A stretch of DNA of 64,000 nucleotides, from positions 8,489-72,488 of the forward strand of contig JAJDVG010000028.1 in assembly GCA_022826245.1 (NCBI GenBank), read 5' to 3'. The DNA comes from Gammaproteobacteria bacterium. Its GTDB lineage: Bacteria > Pseudomonadota > Gammaproteobacteria > Steroidobacterales > Rariloculaceae. A program made the position numbers and the translations under genes. Each line of letters starts with the position of its first letter. Position 1 is the stretch's first letter. The notes beneath the pieces were generated by a model that was not told the origin of the DNA, searched no databases, and worked only from the letters and a program-made list of their open reading frames with translations. Below, piece by piece: positions 16,950 to 33,961 of the stretch.

Positions 16950-17366
16950 CTACCGACGCTTGCCCTTGAGCTTCTGCGCCGCGCGGTAGCGCGCCTCGGC
17001 CTCGACGAGTTCGGCCTGAGCCTGCGCGAGATCGATCTCGTCGCTGCGCCCGGCAAGCACTTCCCGCGCTTGCTCGCGCGCCGCGAGCGCCGCCTCTTCG
17101 TCGAGTTCGTCGCCGCGCAGGGCGCTGTCGGCAAGCACCGTCACGAGATACGGTTGCACCTCGAGCACGCCGCCGGTGATATAGAAGAACTGCTCCTCGC
17201 CGTCGCTCGTCTCGACGCGTACTTCGCCCGGCTTGAGTTCGGTCAGGAGCGGTGCGTGCCGCGGCGCGATGCCGAGCTCGCCGAGCTTGCCGGGAGCGAA
17301 TACCCAGTTGGCTTCGCCCGAAAAGATGTCGCCTTCGGCGCTGACGATGTCGACCTGGATGGGCAT
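16950..17366 (-). CDS. atpC: ATP synthase epsilon subunit
   Basis: VDIVSAEG, GELGIAPRHAPLLT; operon position. Confidence 0.97.
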   Translation of the reverse strand: MPIQVDIVSAEGDIFSGEANWVFAPGKLGELGIAPRHAPLLTELKPGEVRVETSDGEEQFFYITGGVLEVQPYLVTVLADSALRGDELDEEAALAAREQAREVLAGRSDEIDLAQAQAELVEAEARYRAAQKLKGKRR

Positions 17367-17434
17367 CGCGTGGCTATCCCCTGGATTGCTTCGTCGTACT
17401 CGCCTGACCGTACTTCATGAGAGCCCGCGCACCG

Positions 17435-19694
<2,260 letters not shown>

Positions 19695-19734
19695 CGTTCA
19701 GCCCTTTGAGCTCGCTTCCCGTTGCCGGCCGGCG

Positions 19735-21279
<1,545 letters not shown>

Positions 21280-21292
21280 GTCTCGAATCCTC

Positions 21293-21847
21293 TCAATCGA
21301 CCAACGATTCGGCGAGCCGCTGCAGGCGGCTTCTGAGCGAACCGTCGATCACCATGTCCTCGGCGCGAACGATCGCCCCGCCGAGCAGCGCCGGGTCGAC
21401 CTCGTGTTCAAGCTCGACGTCCCGGCCGAGTTTCTCCTGCAAGGCCTGCCGGACCCTTGCGCTGAGCGCGGGATCGACTTCGCTTGCCGACGCAAGCGTG
21501 ACCCTGATCGTGTTCTCCGCCCGGCTCTTGAGCTCGTCGAACCGGGCCGAAATATCCGGCAGCGCCTGGAGTCGGCCGTATTCGGCGAGGAGCCTCAGGA
21601 AGTTCCAGCCCTCGTCCGTAGCGAGCGCCGCCGCGTCGTCGATGTCGCCGCAGACCTCGCGCATGAACCGGGCACGCTGTTCCGCCAGCAGTTCCGGCTG
21701 CGCGAGGAACCGCCCGACTTCCTCGTCCGCGACGATTTCCGCCGCGCGCTGCAAGGCCGTCGACCATGCCGCGAGGGTGCCTGCGGCGCGCGCGACATCG
21801 TAGAGCGCTTTCGCGTAAGGCCGGGCTACGGTGCTCAGGTCGGCCAT
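21293..21847 (-). CDS. atpH: ATP synthase delta subunit
   Basis: [32 protein letters not shown]. Confidence 0.96.
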   Translation of the reverse strand: MADLSTVARPYAKALYDVARAAGTLAAWSTALQRAAEIVADEEVGRFLAQPELLAEQRARFMREVCGDIDDAAALATDEGWNFLRLLAEYGRLQALPDISARFDELKSRAENTIRVTLASASEVDPALSARVRQALQEKLGRDVELEHEVDPALLGGAIVRAEDMVIDGSLRSRLQRLAESLVD

Positions 21848-21875
21848 CGGCTGCGTGTTCCGTCGTTCCTTGCCG

Positions 21876-22346
21876 TTAGAGTTCCGCGGCGAGCCGGTCG
21901 AGCATCTCGCCGTGGTCGGACGCGTCGATCTCGCGTGCGAGCAGCTTCTCGGCGCCGGCGACCGCGATCGCGACAACCTCCGCGCGCAGGTCGTCGCGGG
22001 CCCGGTTGATTTCCACTTCGATCTCCGAGCGCGCGCCTTCGAGCTGCCGCACCTTCTCCTGCTCGCCTTCGGCCCTGGCCTGCTCGACGATCTCGCTCGC
22101 CCGCGTGTTGGCCTGGTCGACGATGAGCCGCGCCCGCTCGCGGGCCTCGGCGATGAGTTGCTCGCTCTCGCCCTTGGCCTTCGCCAGATCGCTGCGGCCG
22201 CGTTCGGCCGCCGCGAGACCGTCAGCGATCTCGTTCTGGCGGGCCTCGATCGCCCCCATGATGAACGGCCAGATGTATTTCATGCAGAACCAGACGAAAA
22301 CGATCATCGCGATCGTTTGCCCAATGAATGTGAGATTGAAATTCAC
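21876..22346 (-). CDS. atpF: ATP synthase b subunit
   Basis: VNFNLTFIGQ..FVWFCMKYIWP followed by coiled coil; GGAGG upstream. Confidence 0.96.
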   Translation of the reverse strand: MNFNLTFIGQTIAMIVFVWFCMKYIWPFIMGAIEARQNEIADGLAAAERGRSDLAKAKGESEQLIAEARERARLIVDQANTRASEIVEQARAEGEQEKVRQLEGARSEIEVEINRARDDLRAEVVAIAVAGAEKLLAREIDASDHGEMLDRLAAEL

Positions 22347-22377
22347 CTGCGACCTCCCGTCAGCGATACGTCGCTGC

Positions 22378-23559
<1,182 letters not shown>

Positions 23560-23949
23560 TCAGGTTTCGGTCGGCGCCGGTCGAACCTCGTTGCCTGTGA
23601 GCAGGGAGCCCAGAACCACGAACTGTACGGCGATGAACCCGCCGAGGACCGCCAGGCCCGAGAGCGGTCTCACGAACGCGAACAGCAACGCGAAGAGCAG
23701 CACCGTCAGCGCATACTTGCCGATCACGCCGATCCATGCCGAGCGCAGCAATGCGCGCGCGTCGTTGCGTGCGCTCAACAGCCTCGCAGCCAGGAATGCG
23801 TTCGGGATGACCGCGACCAGCGCGCCCGCGACGACTGAAGCGGCGGCGACCCCACCCTGCCAGAGCCACACCAGCGCGGCCAGACACAAACCGACGCCCA
23901 CCTGGGCAAGCAGGGTCAGCGGCACGAATCGCCTGTCGTCAGCCAGCAC
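23560..23949 (-). CDS. atpI: ATP synthase protein I
   Basis: Four TM helices, first gene of the atp operon; start inferred. Confidence 0.8.
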   Translation of the reverse strand: MLADDRRFVPLTLLAQVGVGLCLAALVWLWQGGVAAASVVAGALVAVIPNAFLAARLLSARNDARALLRSAWIGVIGKYALTVLLFALLFAFVRPLSGLAVLGGFIAVQFVVLGSLLTGNEVRPAPTET

Positions 23950-24225
23950 GGCGGCCCCTCGGGTCTGCCCCGAAAACCGGAAAAGGCGGTCAAAAAAATG
24001 GCCACGACGGCGTCGTGACCCTTTCAGGCGGCGGATTTTAAGCGGTCGCCTTTCGGTACGCAATATGAACGGCAAGCGTATCCGCCCGATGCCATGGCAT
24101 CCACTTTCGCCGGTCCTGAAGCGACGCCTTTTGCGGACGGGGATTGAAGCGCTTGTCGAGGCAAACGGATCGCGATGCGTCAGCGGGAGGTAGATCGGTC
24201 GGCGGCGATTCGGGCGACCGGGCGG

Positions 24226-25104
24226 CTACTTGATGTGCGAAAGAATCCCTTCCAGTTCGTCGAGACTGTGGTAGCGGATGACGATCCGGCCGCCTTTGCT
24301 GCCGTGCTCGATCGCTACCGGCGCGCCGAGCGTCTCCCCGAGTTCGTTCTCGAGGCGGACGACGTTCGGGTCCTTGCGCCGCCGGGCGGTTTCACCGGTG
24401 TCGCGCTCACGCGCCGCGGCGAGCCGCTGCGCCGCGCGCTCCGTCTGGCGCACGCTCCAGCCTTCCTTCGCGGCGCGCATGGCGGTGTCGACCATGAGTT
24501 CCACGGGCTTGACCGCGAGCAGCGCGCGTGCGTGCCCCATGTCGAGTGCGCGCCGTTCGAGCAGCCGCGTGACGACGAGCGGCAGTTCGAGCAGCCTGAG
24601 CAGGTTCGTGACTGCCGCCCGGGAGCGGCCGACCGCCTCCGCGGCGCGTTCATGGGTCATCCCGAAGTCGGCGACGAGCTGCCTGAGCGCGCGGGCTTCC
24701 TCGATCGGGTTCAGGTTCTCGCGCTGGATGTTCTCGATCAGCGCGACGGCGACGGCCGATTCGTCCGGGATGTCCCTGACGAGCGCGGGCACGGTGTCGA
24801 GTTCCGCCATCTGGGCGGCCCGCCAGCGCCGCTCGCCGGCGACGATCTCGTAGCGCGCCTGGCCCTCGCCGCGGTCTTCCAGGGGCCGCACGACGATCGG
24901 CTGGACGATGCCCTGGGCGCGGATCGACTCGGCGAGTTCGGTCAGTGTTTCCTCGCGCATGTCGACGCGCGGCTGGTAGCGGCCGCGCTCGATGAGGTCG
25001 ACCGGAAGATCGCGCAGTTCGGACTCGCTCACCGGCGGCAGCGAGCGTCCGCTCGAACTCAGAAGGGCGTCGAACCCCCGGCCCAGACTCTGTCGTTTCG
25101 CCAT
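24226..25104 (-). CDS. parB: Chromosome partitioning protein ParB
   Basis: LGRGFDALL, YQPR, GERRWRA, IENIQRENL. Confidence 0.97.
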   Translation of the reverse strand: MAKRQSLGRGFDALLSSSGRSLPPVSESELRDLPVDLIERGRYQPRVDMREETLTELAESIRAQGIVQPIVVRPLEDRGEGQARYEIVAGERRWRAAQMAELDTVPALVRDIPDESAVAVALIENIQRENLNPIEEARALRQLVADFGMTHERAAEAVGRSRAAVTNLLRLLELPLVVTRLLERRALDMGHARALLAVKPVELMVDTAMRAAKEGWSVRQTERAAQRLAAARERDTGETARRRKDPNVVRLENELGETLGAPVAIEHGSKGGRIVIRYHSLDELEGILSHIK

Positions 25105-25125
25105 CCGTCGGTGTTCCTTCTCTCC

Positions 25126-25923
25126 TCAGGCGTCGCCGTCGCCCCGCCGTGCGGGCGCGCTGCCGTCGCGCCGATTGATTTCGCCGGCGAGCGCGAGATA
25201 AGCCACCGCGCCGCGCGAGTGCCGGTCGTGAAACAGCGCGGGCCGCCCGAAGCTCGGCGCTTCGGCCAGGCGGACGTTGCGCGGGATCACGGTACGGTAG
25301 ACCCGGTCGCCGAAATAGTCCACCAGTTGCGCGGTGACCTCCCGATCCAGGTTGTTCCTCAGGTCGAACATCGTGCGCAATATGCCATGTATGGCCAGTT
25401 CCGGGTTGGCCGTTTCGCGAATCTGGCGAATCGTGTCGAGCACGCCGCTCAGCCCCTCCATCGCGAGATATTCGCACTGCACCGGGATCAGCACGTGATC
25501 GGCCGCCGTGAGCGCGTTGACCGTGAGCATGTTGATCGCCGGGGGGCAATCGATCAGCACGTAATCGTAGTTACCGACGATCCGGCCGAGCGCTTCGCGC
25601 AAGTAGAACTCGCGCCGGGGCTTCGCGAGCAGGTGGACCTCCGCCGCGGTCAGATCCCGATCGGCCGGCAGCACGTCGTAGCCGCCCGCGGCCGCCGGAT
25701 GCATGACCTCGGCCGCCGGGGCGCCCTCGAGCAACACATCGTAGACGCTGCGTTCGAGATCGTTCCGGTCGATGCCCGAGGCGACCGTCGCGTTGCCCTG
25801 CGGGTCCATGTCCACGAGCAGCAGGCGGCGCCGGGTCGCGGCCAGGGACGCCGCGAGATTCACGCAGGTCGTCGTCTTGCCGACCCCGCCCTTCTGGTTG
25901 GCGACCGCGATTACACTCGCCAT
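25126..25923 (-). CDS. parA: Chromosome partitioning ATPase ParA/Soj
   Basis: NQKGGVGKTT, DPQGNAT, IDCPP, LAEAPSFG. Confidence 0.97.
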   Translation of the reverse strand: MASVIAVANQKGGVGKTTTCVNLAASLAATRRRLLLVDMDPQGNATVASGIDRNDLERSVYDVLLEGAPAAEVMHPAAAGGYDVLPADRDLTAAEVHLLAKPRREFYLREALGRIVGNYDYVLIDCPPAINMLTVNALTAADHVLIPVQCEYLAMEGLSGVLDTIRQIRETANPELAIHGILRTMFDLRNNLDREVTAQLVDYFGDRVYRTVIPRNVRLAEAPSFGRPALFHDRHSRGAVAYLALAGEINRRDGSAPARRGDGDA

Positions 25924-26582
25924 CCGGCTTCCCCGTGTGCGGGCCGTTCGAGGGCGACGATGACGCTGCGGATGCGCCGCCCGGTTTCGCTCCCTACCGG
26001 CCGCAGACCGAGTGTCGGCGCGAGCGAGCGCAGCTCTTCGCCCAGGTGTGCCGCAGTCAGTACCAACAGGACGCCTCCGCGAACCAGTAGCGGCCGCGCG
26101 ATTCGGATGAGTTTTTCCGGCGGAGCCACGGCTCGGGCGAGCACCGTATCAAAGGGGCGAGGACTTGGTAAATCCTCGACCCGGCAGTGCTCGACGAGCG
26201 CGTTGTCGAGGCCGAGCATGGCGACGGCGTGGCGCAGGAACCGCACGCGCTTCGCGCGGCTTTCGATCAGCGTGAACTCCCGGTCTGGCGCCGCGACCGC
26301 GAGCGGGATGCCGGGCAGTCCCGCGCCGGTACCGATGTCGGCGACCCGGCCGCCGCGCAGCAGCGGCGCGAGCGTCAGGCTCTCGACGAGATGGCGCTCG
26401 ACGAGTTCCTCCCGCGAACGGATGCCGGTCAGATTGAAAACGCGGTTCCACTGCGCGAGCAGTTCGAGATAGGCCGTCAAGGCGGCAGTTTGCGCCGGCG
26501 GGAGCTTGAGACCGGCGGCGTGCAGGCGGGCGGCAACCTTGTCTTTGCCGATCGCGGCGCGGCTCGTCGAGGCCTTCGTCAT
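25911..26582 (-). CDS. rsmG: 16S rRNA m7G527 methyltransferase
   Basis: WNRVFNLT, DIGTGAGLPG, ARAVA; upstream of parA. Confidence 0.93.
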   Translation of the reverse strand: MTKASTSRAAIGKDKVAARLHAAGLKLPPAQTAALTAYLELLAQWNRVFNLTGIRSREELVERHLVESLTLAPLLRGGRVADIGTGAGLPGIPLAVAAPDREFTLIESRAKRVRFLRHAVAMLGLDNALVEHCRVEDLPSPRPFDTVLARAVAPPEKLIRIARPLLVRGGVLLVLTAAHLGEELRSLAPTLGLRPVGSETGRRIRSVIVALERPAHGEAGWRV

Positions 26583-26676
26583 CGGTTGCAGTATACGAGT
26601 TGCGAACGTCCTGTGGCGCGATGGCACAGCGCTGAATCGACGTTTCCCGCGCGACAGGACACTATAATTCGCGCCC

Positions 26677-28581
<1,905 letters not shown>

Positions 28582-28619
28582 ATCGGTCTGCGGGCGGGCG
28601 CCCGGGCGCCGTCGACGAC

Positions 28620-29969
28620 CTACTTGCCGATACAGAAGCTCGAGAAGATCTCCCCGAGCAGATCGTCGCTCGTAATCTCGCCCGTGAGCTCGCTGAGGGC
28701 CGTTTGCGCCGCGCGCAGTTCCTCCGCGGCGAGTTCGAGCGACCCGGGCAGATGCTCGCCGCTGCGTTCGAGCGCTTCGCGAACGCGGTCGAGGGCGTCG
28801 AGATGGCGGCGCCGCGCGCTGAACGCGCCTGCAGCTTCGCCCGACCAGCCCGCCAGCGCCTTGAGGTGCCCGACCAGCGACCCGATGCCCGCGCCGGTCA
28901 GCGCCGAGAGGCGGATCGCCCGGTGCGGCCCGTGTTCGAAGCCGCCCGGCGCCTCGTCGGTCAGATCGACCTTGTTGAGGATCGGCGTGAAGGCCTGGTC
29001 CGGTTCGAGCCCGTCGGCCGCGGCGGCAAGCGCGGCCTCGAGCCCGTCGCGAATGTCCGCGATCCACAGCGTATGGTCGGCCCGGCCGAGCTCGCGCTTC
29101 GCGCGCCGGACGCCTTCCTGCTCGACGGGATCCGCCGCGGCGCGCAAACCCGCCGTGTCGACGATGTCGATCGGTACGCCATCGAGGGACAGGCGCTCGC
29201 GAAGCGCGTCGCGCGTCGTGCCCGGAATGTCGGTCACGATGGCGGCATCGTAGCCCGCGAGCCGGTTGAGCAGGCTCGACTTGCCGGCGTTCGGCGGACC
29301 GCCGATCGCGACGCTCAGGCCGTCGCGCAGCGCGGCGCCGCGCGTCGCTTCGGCGACCAGCGCTTCGAGATCCGCCCGGATGGCCGCCCGCCGCGCCGCC
29401 AGTTCGTTCTGGGTTGCAGGATCGAGTTCCTCGTCGGGAAAATCGAGCCAGGCTTCGATGAGTACCCGCAATTGCGTGAGCCCGGACTGCAGGGCGGCCA
29501 CCTCGTCGGAGAAGCGTCCGCGCAGTGAACGCAGCGCCGCGCGCGCCGCGCGCCGGGAGCGGCTGTCGACGAGGTCGGCGACCGCTTCGGCCTGCATCAG
29601 GTCGAGCTTGTCGTTGAGAAAGGCCCTGAGCGTGAACTCGCCGGGTTCGGCGGCGCGCGCGCCGAAACCCGTGAGCGCATCGAGCAGCCAGTCGCTGACC
29701 ACGGGGCCGCCGTGCGCGTGAAGTTCGACGACATCCTCGCCCGTGTACGAGTTGGGACCCGGGAAGTAGAGCAGGAGGCCCCTGTCGATCTGCCGCCCGT
29801 CCGCTGTCCGGAACTCGCACAGCTCGGCCCGGCGCGGCGCAGGCTCGATACCGGTGAGCCGCTTCGCGATCGCGAGCGACTCGCCGCCCGAGAGGCGCAC
29901 GATGGCCACTGCCCCGACGCCGGGCGCCGTCGCAACTGCGGCTATGGTCTGGCGGTTCGGCGCTTTCAC
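28620..29969 (-). CDS. mnmE: tRNA modification GTPase MnmE (TrmE)
   Basis: SYTGEDVVE, GPPNAGKSSL, GTTRD, C-terminal FCIGK. Confidence 0.98.
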   Translation of the reverse strand: MKAPNRQTIAAVATAPGVGAVAIVRLSGGESLAIAKRLTGIEPAPRRAELCEFRTADGRQIDRGLLLYFPGPNSYTGEDVVELHAHGGPVVSDWLLDALTGFGARAAEPGEFTLRAFLNDKLDLMQAEAVADLVDSRSRRAARAALRSLRGRFSDEVAALQSGLTQLRVLIEAWLDFPDEELDPATQNELAARRAAIRADLEALVAEATRGAALRDGLSVAIGGPPNAGKSSLLNRLAGYDAAIVTDIPGTTRDALRERLSLDGVPIDIVDTAGLRAAADPVEQEGVRRAKRELGRADHTLWIADIRDGLEAALAAAADGLEPDQAFTPILNKVDLTDEAPGGFEHGPHRAIRLSALTGAGIGSLVGHLKALAGWSGEAAGAFSARRRHLDALDRVREALERSGEHLPGSLELAAEELRAAQTALSELTGEITSDDLLGEIFSSFCIGK

Positions 29970-30032
29970 CCCGGCGTCCTGTCTCGCGTGCAACGTCGCT
30001 TCAGCGCAGCCCGCAGGGAATGTCCTTCCCGC

Positions 30033-31715
30033 TCAGGCCTGCTTCGGCGTGTTCTCGCGCTCGACGATGGTGTTGATGCGCCACTGCTGAAGCATGGTCA
30101 GTATCGTATTCGACAGCCAGTACAGCACCAGCCCCGACGGAAAGAACGCCATGAACGCCGTGAACACGAGCGGCATGATCTGCAGGACCCGCGCCTGTAC
30201 CGGGTCCGGAGGCGCCGGGTTGAGCTTCGTTTGCCAGAACATCGCCGCACCCATGAGTATGGGCAGCACGAAGTAGGGATCGCGTACCGAAAGATCGTCG
30301 AGCCACAGCGCGAACGGCGCTTGGCGGATTTCGACGCTCTCGATCAGGACCCAGTAAAAGGCCAGGAAGAACGGCACCTGGACCAGGATCGGCAGGCAGC
30401 CCGCGGCCGGGTTGACCTTCTCGCGCTTGTACAGATCCATCGTCGCCTGACCGAGCGCCTGGCGGTCGTCCTTGTAGCGCTCCTGCAGCGCCTTCATGCG
30501 CGGCTGAAGCTTGCGCATCTTTGCCATCGAACGGCCGCTCGTGGCCTGGAGTTTGTAGAAGACGAGCTTGATCAGGATCGTAACGACGATGATCGCGAGC
30601 CCCCAGTTCCCGACCCAGCCGTGGACCCACGACAGCACCCAGAACATCGGTTGCGCGAGCACCGTGAAAATGCCGTAGTCGACGGTGAGTTCCAGTTCCT
30701 GCGCCGTCTCGCTGAGCTGGTCCTGGAGCTTCGGGCCGACGAAAAGCTGCGCCGAGTACTCGAGCCGTCCGCCCGCCGGTACGTCCTTGCGCGGGCTGAT
30801 CGCGGTGAGCACCCACTCGCCGCCATTCGCTTCGGCGTTGAATTGCGTTGAGTCCTCGGGCGGGGGTACGGCCGCGGCGACGAAATGGTGCTGGATGCCG
30901 GCGAGCCAGCCGCTCGTCACCGTCTGCGCCACGGGCTCGTCGGCGATATCGTCGAAATCGAGCTTGTCGTACGCGTCCCCGTCATACAGCACCGGGCCGG
31001 TGAAGGAGTACGAGTCCACCGACGTGAACGAACGGTCGCGCGGCTGGTGCAAGCGGCGCATGCGCGTGTAGGCGACGCCCTGCCAGGCCGTATCGGCGCC
31101 GTTTTCGAGCACGAAGTCGAGGCCGACGCGGTACGAGCCGCGCCGGAATGTGTAGATCTTGCTTGCCCGGATGTCCGCGTCCGCCGTCCAGTCGAGCCGG
31201 ACGACGAGTTCGTCGCCGGAAAGCACGTATTCGGGCGCCGCCGCCTCGAAGGTTTCAAGGTGGTTCGGTTCAGCGCCGCCCTCCACGTCGCGCATGCCGG
31301 TCTGGAACACCCATCGGCTGCCGGCGCTGAAATCGAGCAGGCGCACCGGGATGTCGGGCCGGTCCTTGTCGACGGGGTATTCGGTCAGGTCCGCCCGCAC
31401 GAGGTCGCCGCCGGTCGTGTCGATGAGCACGTCGAGCACGTCGGTACGCACGCGCACGGTCGACGACGGCGTTTCCTGCGCGTCGGGCAAGGCTCCGGCC
31501 GGCGGCGCGGCGGGAGTCGCGGCCTGCGGGTCGGCCGGCGTCAGCGCCGGCAGATCGTCCTGCCCGGCGGAACCGACTTCCGGGAGCGACTCGGTGGGTC
31601 CCGCGGCCGGAGCGGGCGCGTCGGGCGCGGAAGAATAATCCTGGACCCATTGGCTGTAGCTCAGCCACAGCGTCCCGAGCAGCGCGAACCAGAGAATCAG
31701 GCGAATGTTATCCAT
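30033..31715 (-). CDS. yidC: Membrane protein insertase YidC
   Basis: DYG, GNWGLAII, NPAAGCLPIL, PSGLVLYW. Confidence 0.97.
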   Translation of the reverse strand: MDNIRLILWFALLGTLWLSYSQWVQDYSSAPDAPAPAAGPTESLPEVGSAGQDDLPALTPADPQAATPAAPPAGALPDAQETPSSTVRVRTDVLDVLIDTTGGDLVRADLTEYPVDKDRPDIPVRLLDFSAGSRWVFQTGMRDVEGGAEPNHLETFEAAAPEYVLSGDELVVRLDWTADADIRASKIYTFRRGSYRVGLDFVLENGADTAWQGVAYTRMRRLHQPRDRSFTSVDSYSFTGPVLYDGDAYDKLDFDDIADEPVAQTVTSGWLAGIQHHFVAAAVPPPEDSTQFNAEANGGEWVLTAISPRKDVPAGGRLEYSAQLFVGPKLQDQLSETAQELELTVDYGIFTVLAQPMFWVLSWVHGWVGNWGLAIIVVTILIKLVFYKLQATSGRSMAKMRKLQPRMKALQERYKDDRQALGQATMDLYKREKVNPAAGCLPILVQVPFFLAFYWVLIESVEIRQAPFALWLDDLSVRDPYFVLPILMGAAMFWQTKLNPAPPDPVQARVLQIMPLVFTAFMAFFPSGLVLYWLSNTILTMLQQWRINTIVERENTPKQA

Positions 31716-32073
31716 CGTCTTTCGGGTCCGCGCGCTTCCTCAGGCGCGCGAAGTGGCCATCGAGGCTCGCTCGAAGCGCGGCGCGGCTCGCGCCCGCCGC
31801 TCCGCTTTTCGCGACGACCACGAAATCCCAGCGCGGCAAACTGCTCTGCATGCGAAACGACTCCCTGGCCAGGCGTTTCAGTTTGTTCCGATCGACAGCC
31901 CGTTTGGCGGCCCGCCGCGAGACGGTCAGGCCGAGACGCGGTTCCGGCGCATCTGCGGCGCGCGCGAGCACCGTGAAGTAACGGTCAGTGGATCGTACCG
32001 GATTGGCGAATACCCTGCCGAACTGTCGAGACTTGCTTAGGCGCCTGCTTGCCGGTAAAGCTGCGGCGGTCAC
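31708..32073 (-). CDS. rnpA: Ribonuclease P protein component
   Basis: RLGLTVSRR..KRAVDRNKLKRLARESFR; start inferred. Confidence 0.93.
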   Translation of the reverse strand: MTAAALPASRRLSKSRQFGRVFANPVRSTDRYFTVLARAADAPEPRLGLTVSRRAAKRAVDRNKLKRLARESFRMQSSLPRWDFVVVAKSGAAGASRAALRASLDGHFARLRKRADPKDDG

Positions 32074-32102
32074 CGGCGGCTGATCCGCGACGCCACGGGC
32101 TG

Positions 32103-32237
32103 CTAGGGCGTGAGACGGGCGCGCCCCTTTGCGCGGCGCTTGCTCAACACCTTGCGCCCGGCCCGCGTCGCCATGCGCGCCCGGAAACCGTGCCTGCGCT
32201 TGCGGCGAAGGTTGCTGGGTTGAAACGTTCTTTTCAT
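32103..32237 (-). CDS. rpmH: 50S ribosomal protein L34 (not in the ORF track)
   Basis: Manual translation [44 protein letters not shown]. Confidence 0.98.
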   Translation of the reverse strand: MKRTFQPSNLRRKRRHGFRARMATRAGRKVLSKRRAKGRARLTP

Positions 32238-32447
32238 CGAGGATTCGGCCCAACGAGGCTAAAGGTGCAATAAAAACAAATACATGCGCCCACTTCAGGG
32301 CCGCGTAACTTTACGCGCGGCGGTGGCGGCTGTCAATAGCCGCCGCCGCTCGGCGTGCTGTTGATTTTACGCTGCGTATGGCCGATTGTATGCAGTACAC
32401 TCTCCCCCAAGAAAACAACACAAGCTCGCGACGCGGAGCACGCAACC

Positions 32448-33770
32448 TTGGCACAGGATCCCCTACCCGAAACAACCCTATGGACCAACTGCCTCCGGGC
32501 GCTCGCTGGTGAACTGTCGGAGGCCGATTTCAACACCTACATTCGACCGCTTGAGCCCATCATCGACAACGATGGGCTTAGGCTGCTTGCGCCGAATCAC
32601 TTCGTCGTGAACTGGGTCGATCGCAACTGCCTCGACCGGATCGAGCGGGGGTGCAACGGAGTGAGCGTTACGCTCGGCGTCGGCAGCCGGGAAATCCTCG
32701 CGCCGCAACCCACCGATGCCGCCGAGTCAGCCTCCGCGCGATCGACGCTGAACAGCCGGCTGAACCCCGAGTTCACCTTCGAGGCCTTCGTCGAAGGCAA
32801 GAGCAATCAATTGGCGCGCGCGGCGGCTCAGCGCGTCGGGCTCAACCCTGGCCGCGCCTACAACCCGCTCGCGCTGTACGGGGGCGTCGGCCTCGGCAAG
32901 ACGCACCTCATGCATGCGATCGGCAACCTGATCCTGCAACGAAAGCCCGGCGCACGGGTCGCTTACGTGCACTCGGAACGCTTCGTCAGTGAAATGGTGC
33001 GCGGTTTGCAGTACAACGCGATCGCCCACTTCAAGCGGACCTATCGCAGCCTCGACGCGCTGCTCATCGACGACATCCAGTTCTTCGCCGGCAAGGACCA
33101 TTCCCAGGAAGAGTTCTTCCACACCTACAATGCGCTGCTCGAGGATCAACGTCAGGTCGTGCTGACCTGCGACCGTTATCCGAAGGATGTCGACCGGCTC
33201 GACGAGCGGCTCAAGTCGCGCTTCGGCGCCGGCCTCACCGTTGCGATCGAACCGCCCGAGCTTGAAACGAGCGTGGCGATCCTCATGAGCAAGGCGGTCG
33301 CCGCGGGCGTCACTCTGCCCGAGGAGGTCGCGTTCTTCATGGCGCAGCGCATCCGATCCAATGTGCGCGAACTCGAAGGCGCCCTGCAGAGCGTGATCGC
33401 CACCGCCGAACTCTGGGACAGGGAAATTACCGTCGAGCTCACGAAAGAGGCCCTGCGCGATCTGCTCGCTGTCCATGACCGGCGCATCACGATCGATACC
33501 ATTCAGAAGGCCGTTGCGGCCTACTACAAGATCCGCGTGGCGGACCTGCTTTCAAAGCGCAAGACCCGCTCCGTCGCCCGTCCACGACAGGTCGCCATGG
33601 CGCTGGCCAAGGAATTGACCCGCTACAGCCTGCCGGAGATCGGCGACCGCTTCGGCGGACGCGATCACACGACAGTGCTGCATGCCTGTCGCCGCGTGAA
33701 GGGTCTGCGCGAGACGGAATCGCGCGTCCAGGAGGACTACAACAACCTGTTCAGAACCCTGACGAATTGA
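32448..33770 (+). CDS. dnaA: Chromosomal replication initiator DnaA
   Basis: [33 protein letters not shown]; TTG start after GGAG. Confidence 0.99.
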   Translation: MAQDPLPETTLWTNCLRALAGELSEADFNTYIRPLEPIIDNDGLRLLAPNHFVVNWVDRNCLDRIERGCNGVSVTLGVGSREILAPQPTDAAESASARSTLNSRLNPEFTFEAFVEGKSNQLARAAAQRVGLNPGRAYNPLALYGGVGLGKTHLMHAIGNLILQRKPGARVAYVHSERFVSEMVRGLQYNAIAHFKRTYRSLDALLIDDIQFFAGKDHSQEEFFHTYNALLEDQRQVVLTCDRYPKDVDRLDERLKSRFGAGLTVAIEPPELETSVAILMSKAVAAGVTLPEEVAFFMAQRIRSNVRELEGALQSVIATAELWDREITVELTKEALRDLLAVHDRRITIDTIQKAVAAYYKIRVADLLSKRKTRSVARPRQVAMALAKELTRYSLPEIGDRFGGRDHTTVLHACRRVKGLRETESRVQEDYNNLFRTLTN

Positions 33771-33961
33771 TGGGAACAGGTTCTTGACAACTTTCGCGCC
33801 GTGATCGATGCACAGGGACCACACAGGCTGGCAGCGTGTCGCACACGAGTTAGTATTCTTTCAGGTTGTTGTTTATAAACGGTTTTTTCTATCTTTCCAG
33901 CGATTTCCCCGTAACTAGTTATCACCATAAGCAGTACAGAATCATATAGGTAATTCAGACA
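33771..33961. other. Probable oriC in the dnaA-dnaN spacer
   Basis: AT-rich spacer in a GC-rich window; degenerate CACA-ending boxes; run of six NAN trinucleotides at 33920-33937; parS sites nearby. Confidence 0.55.
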
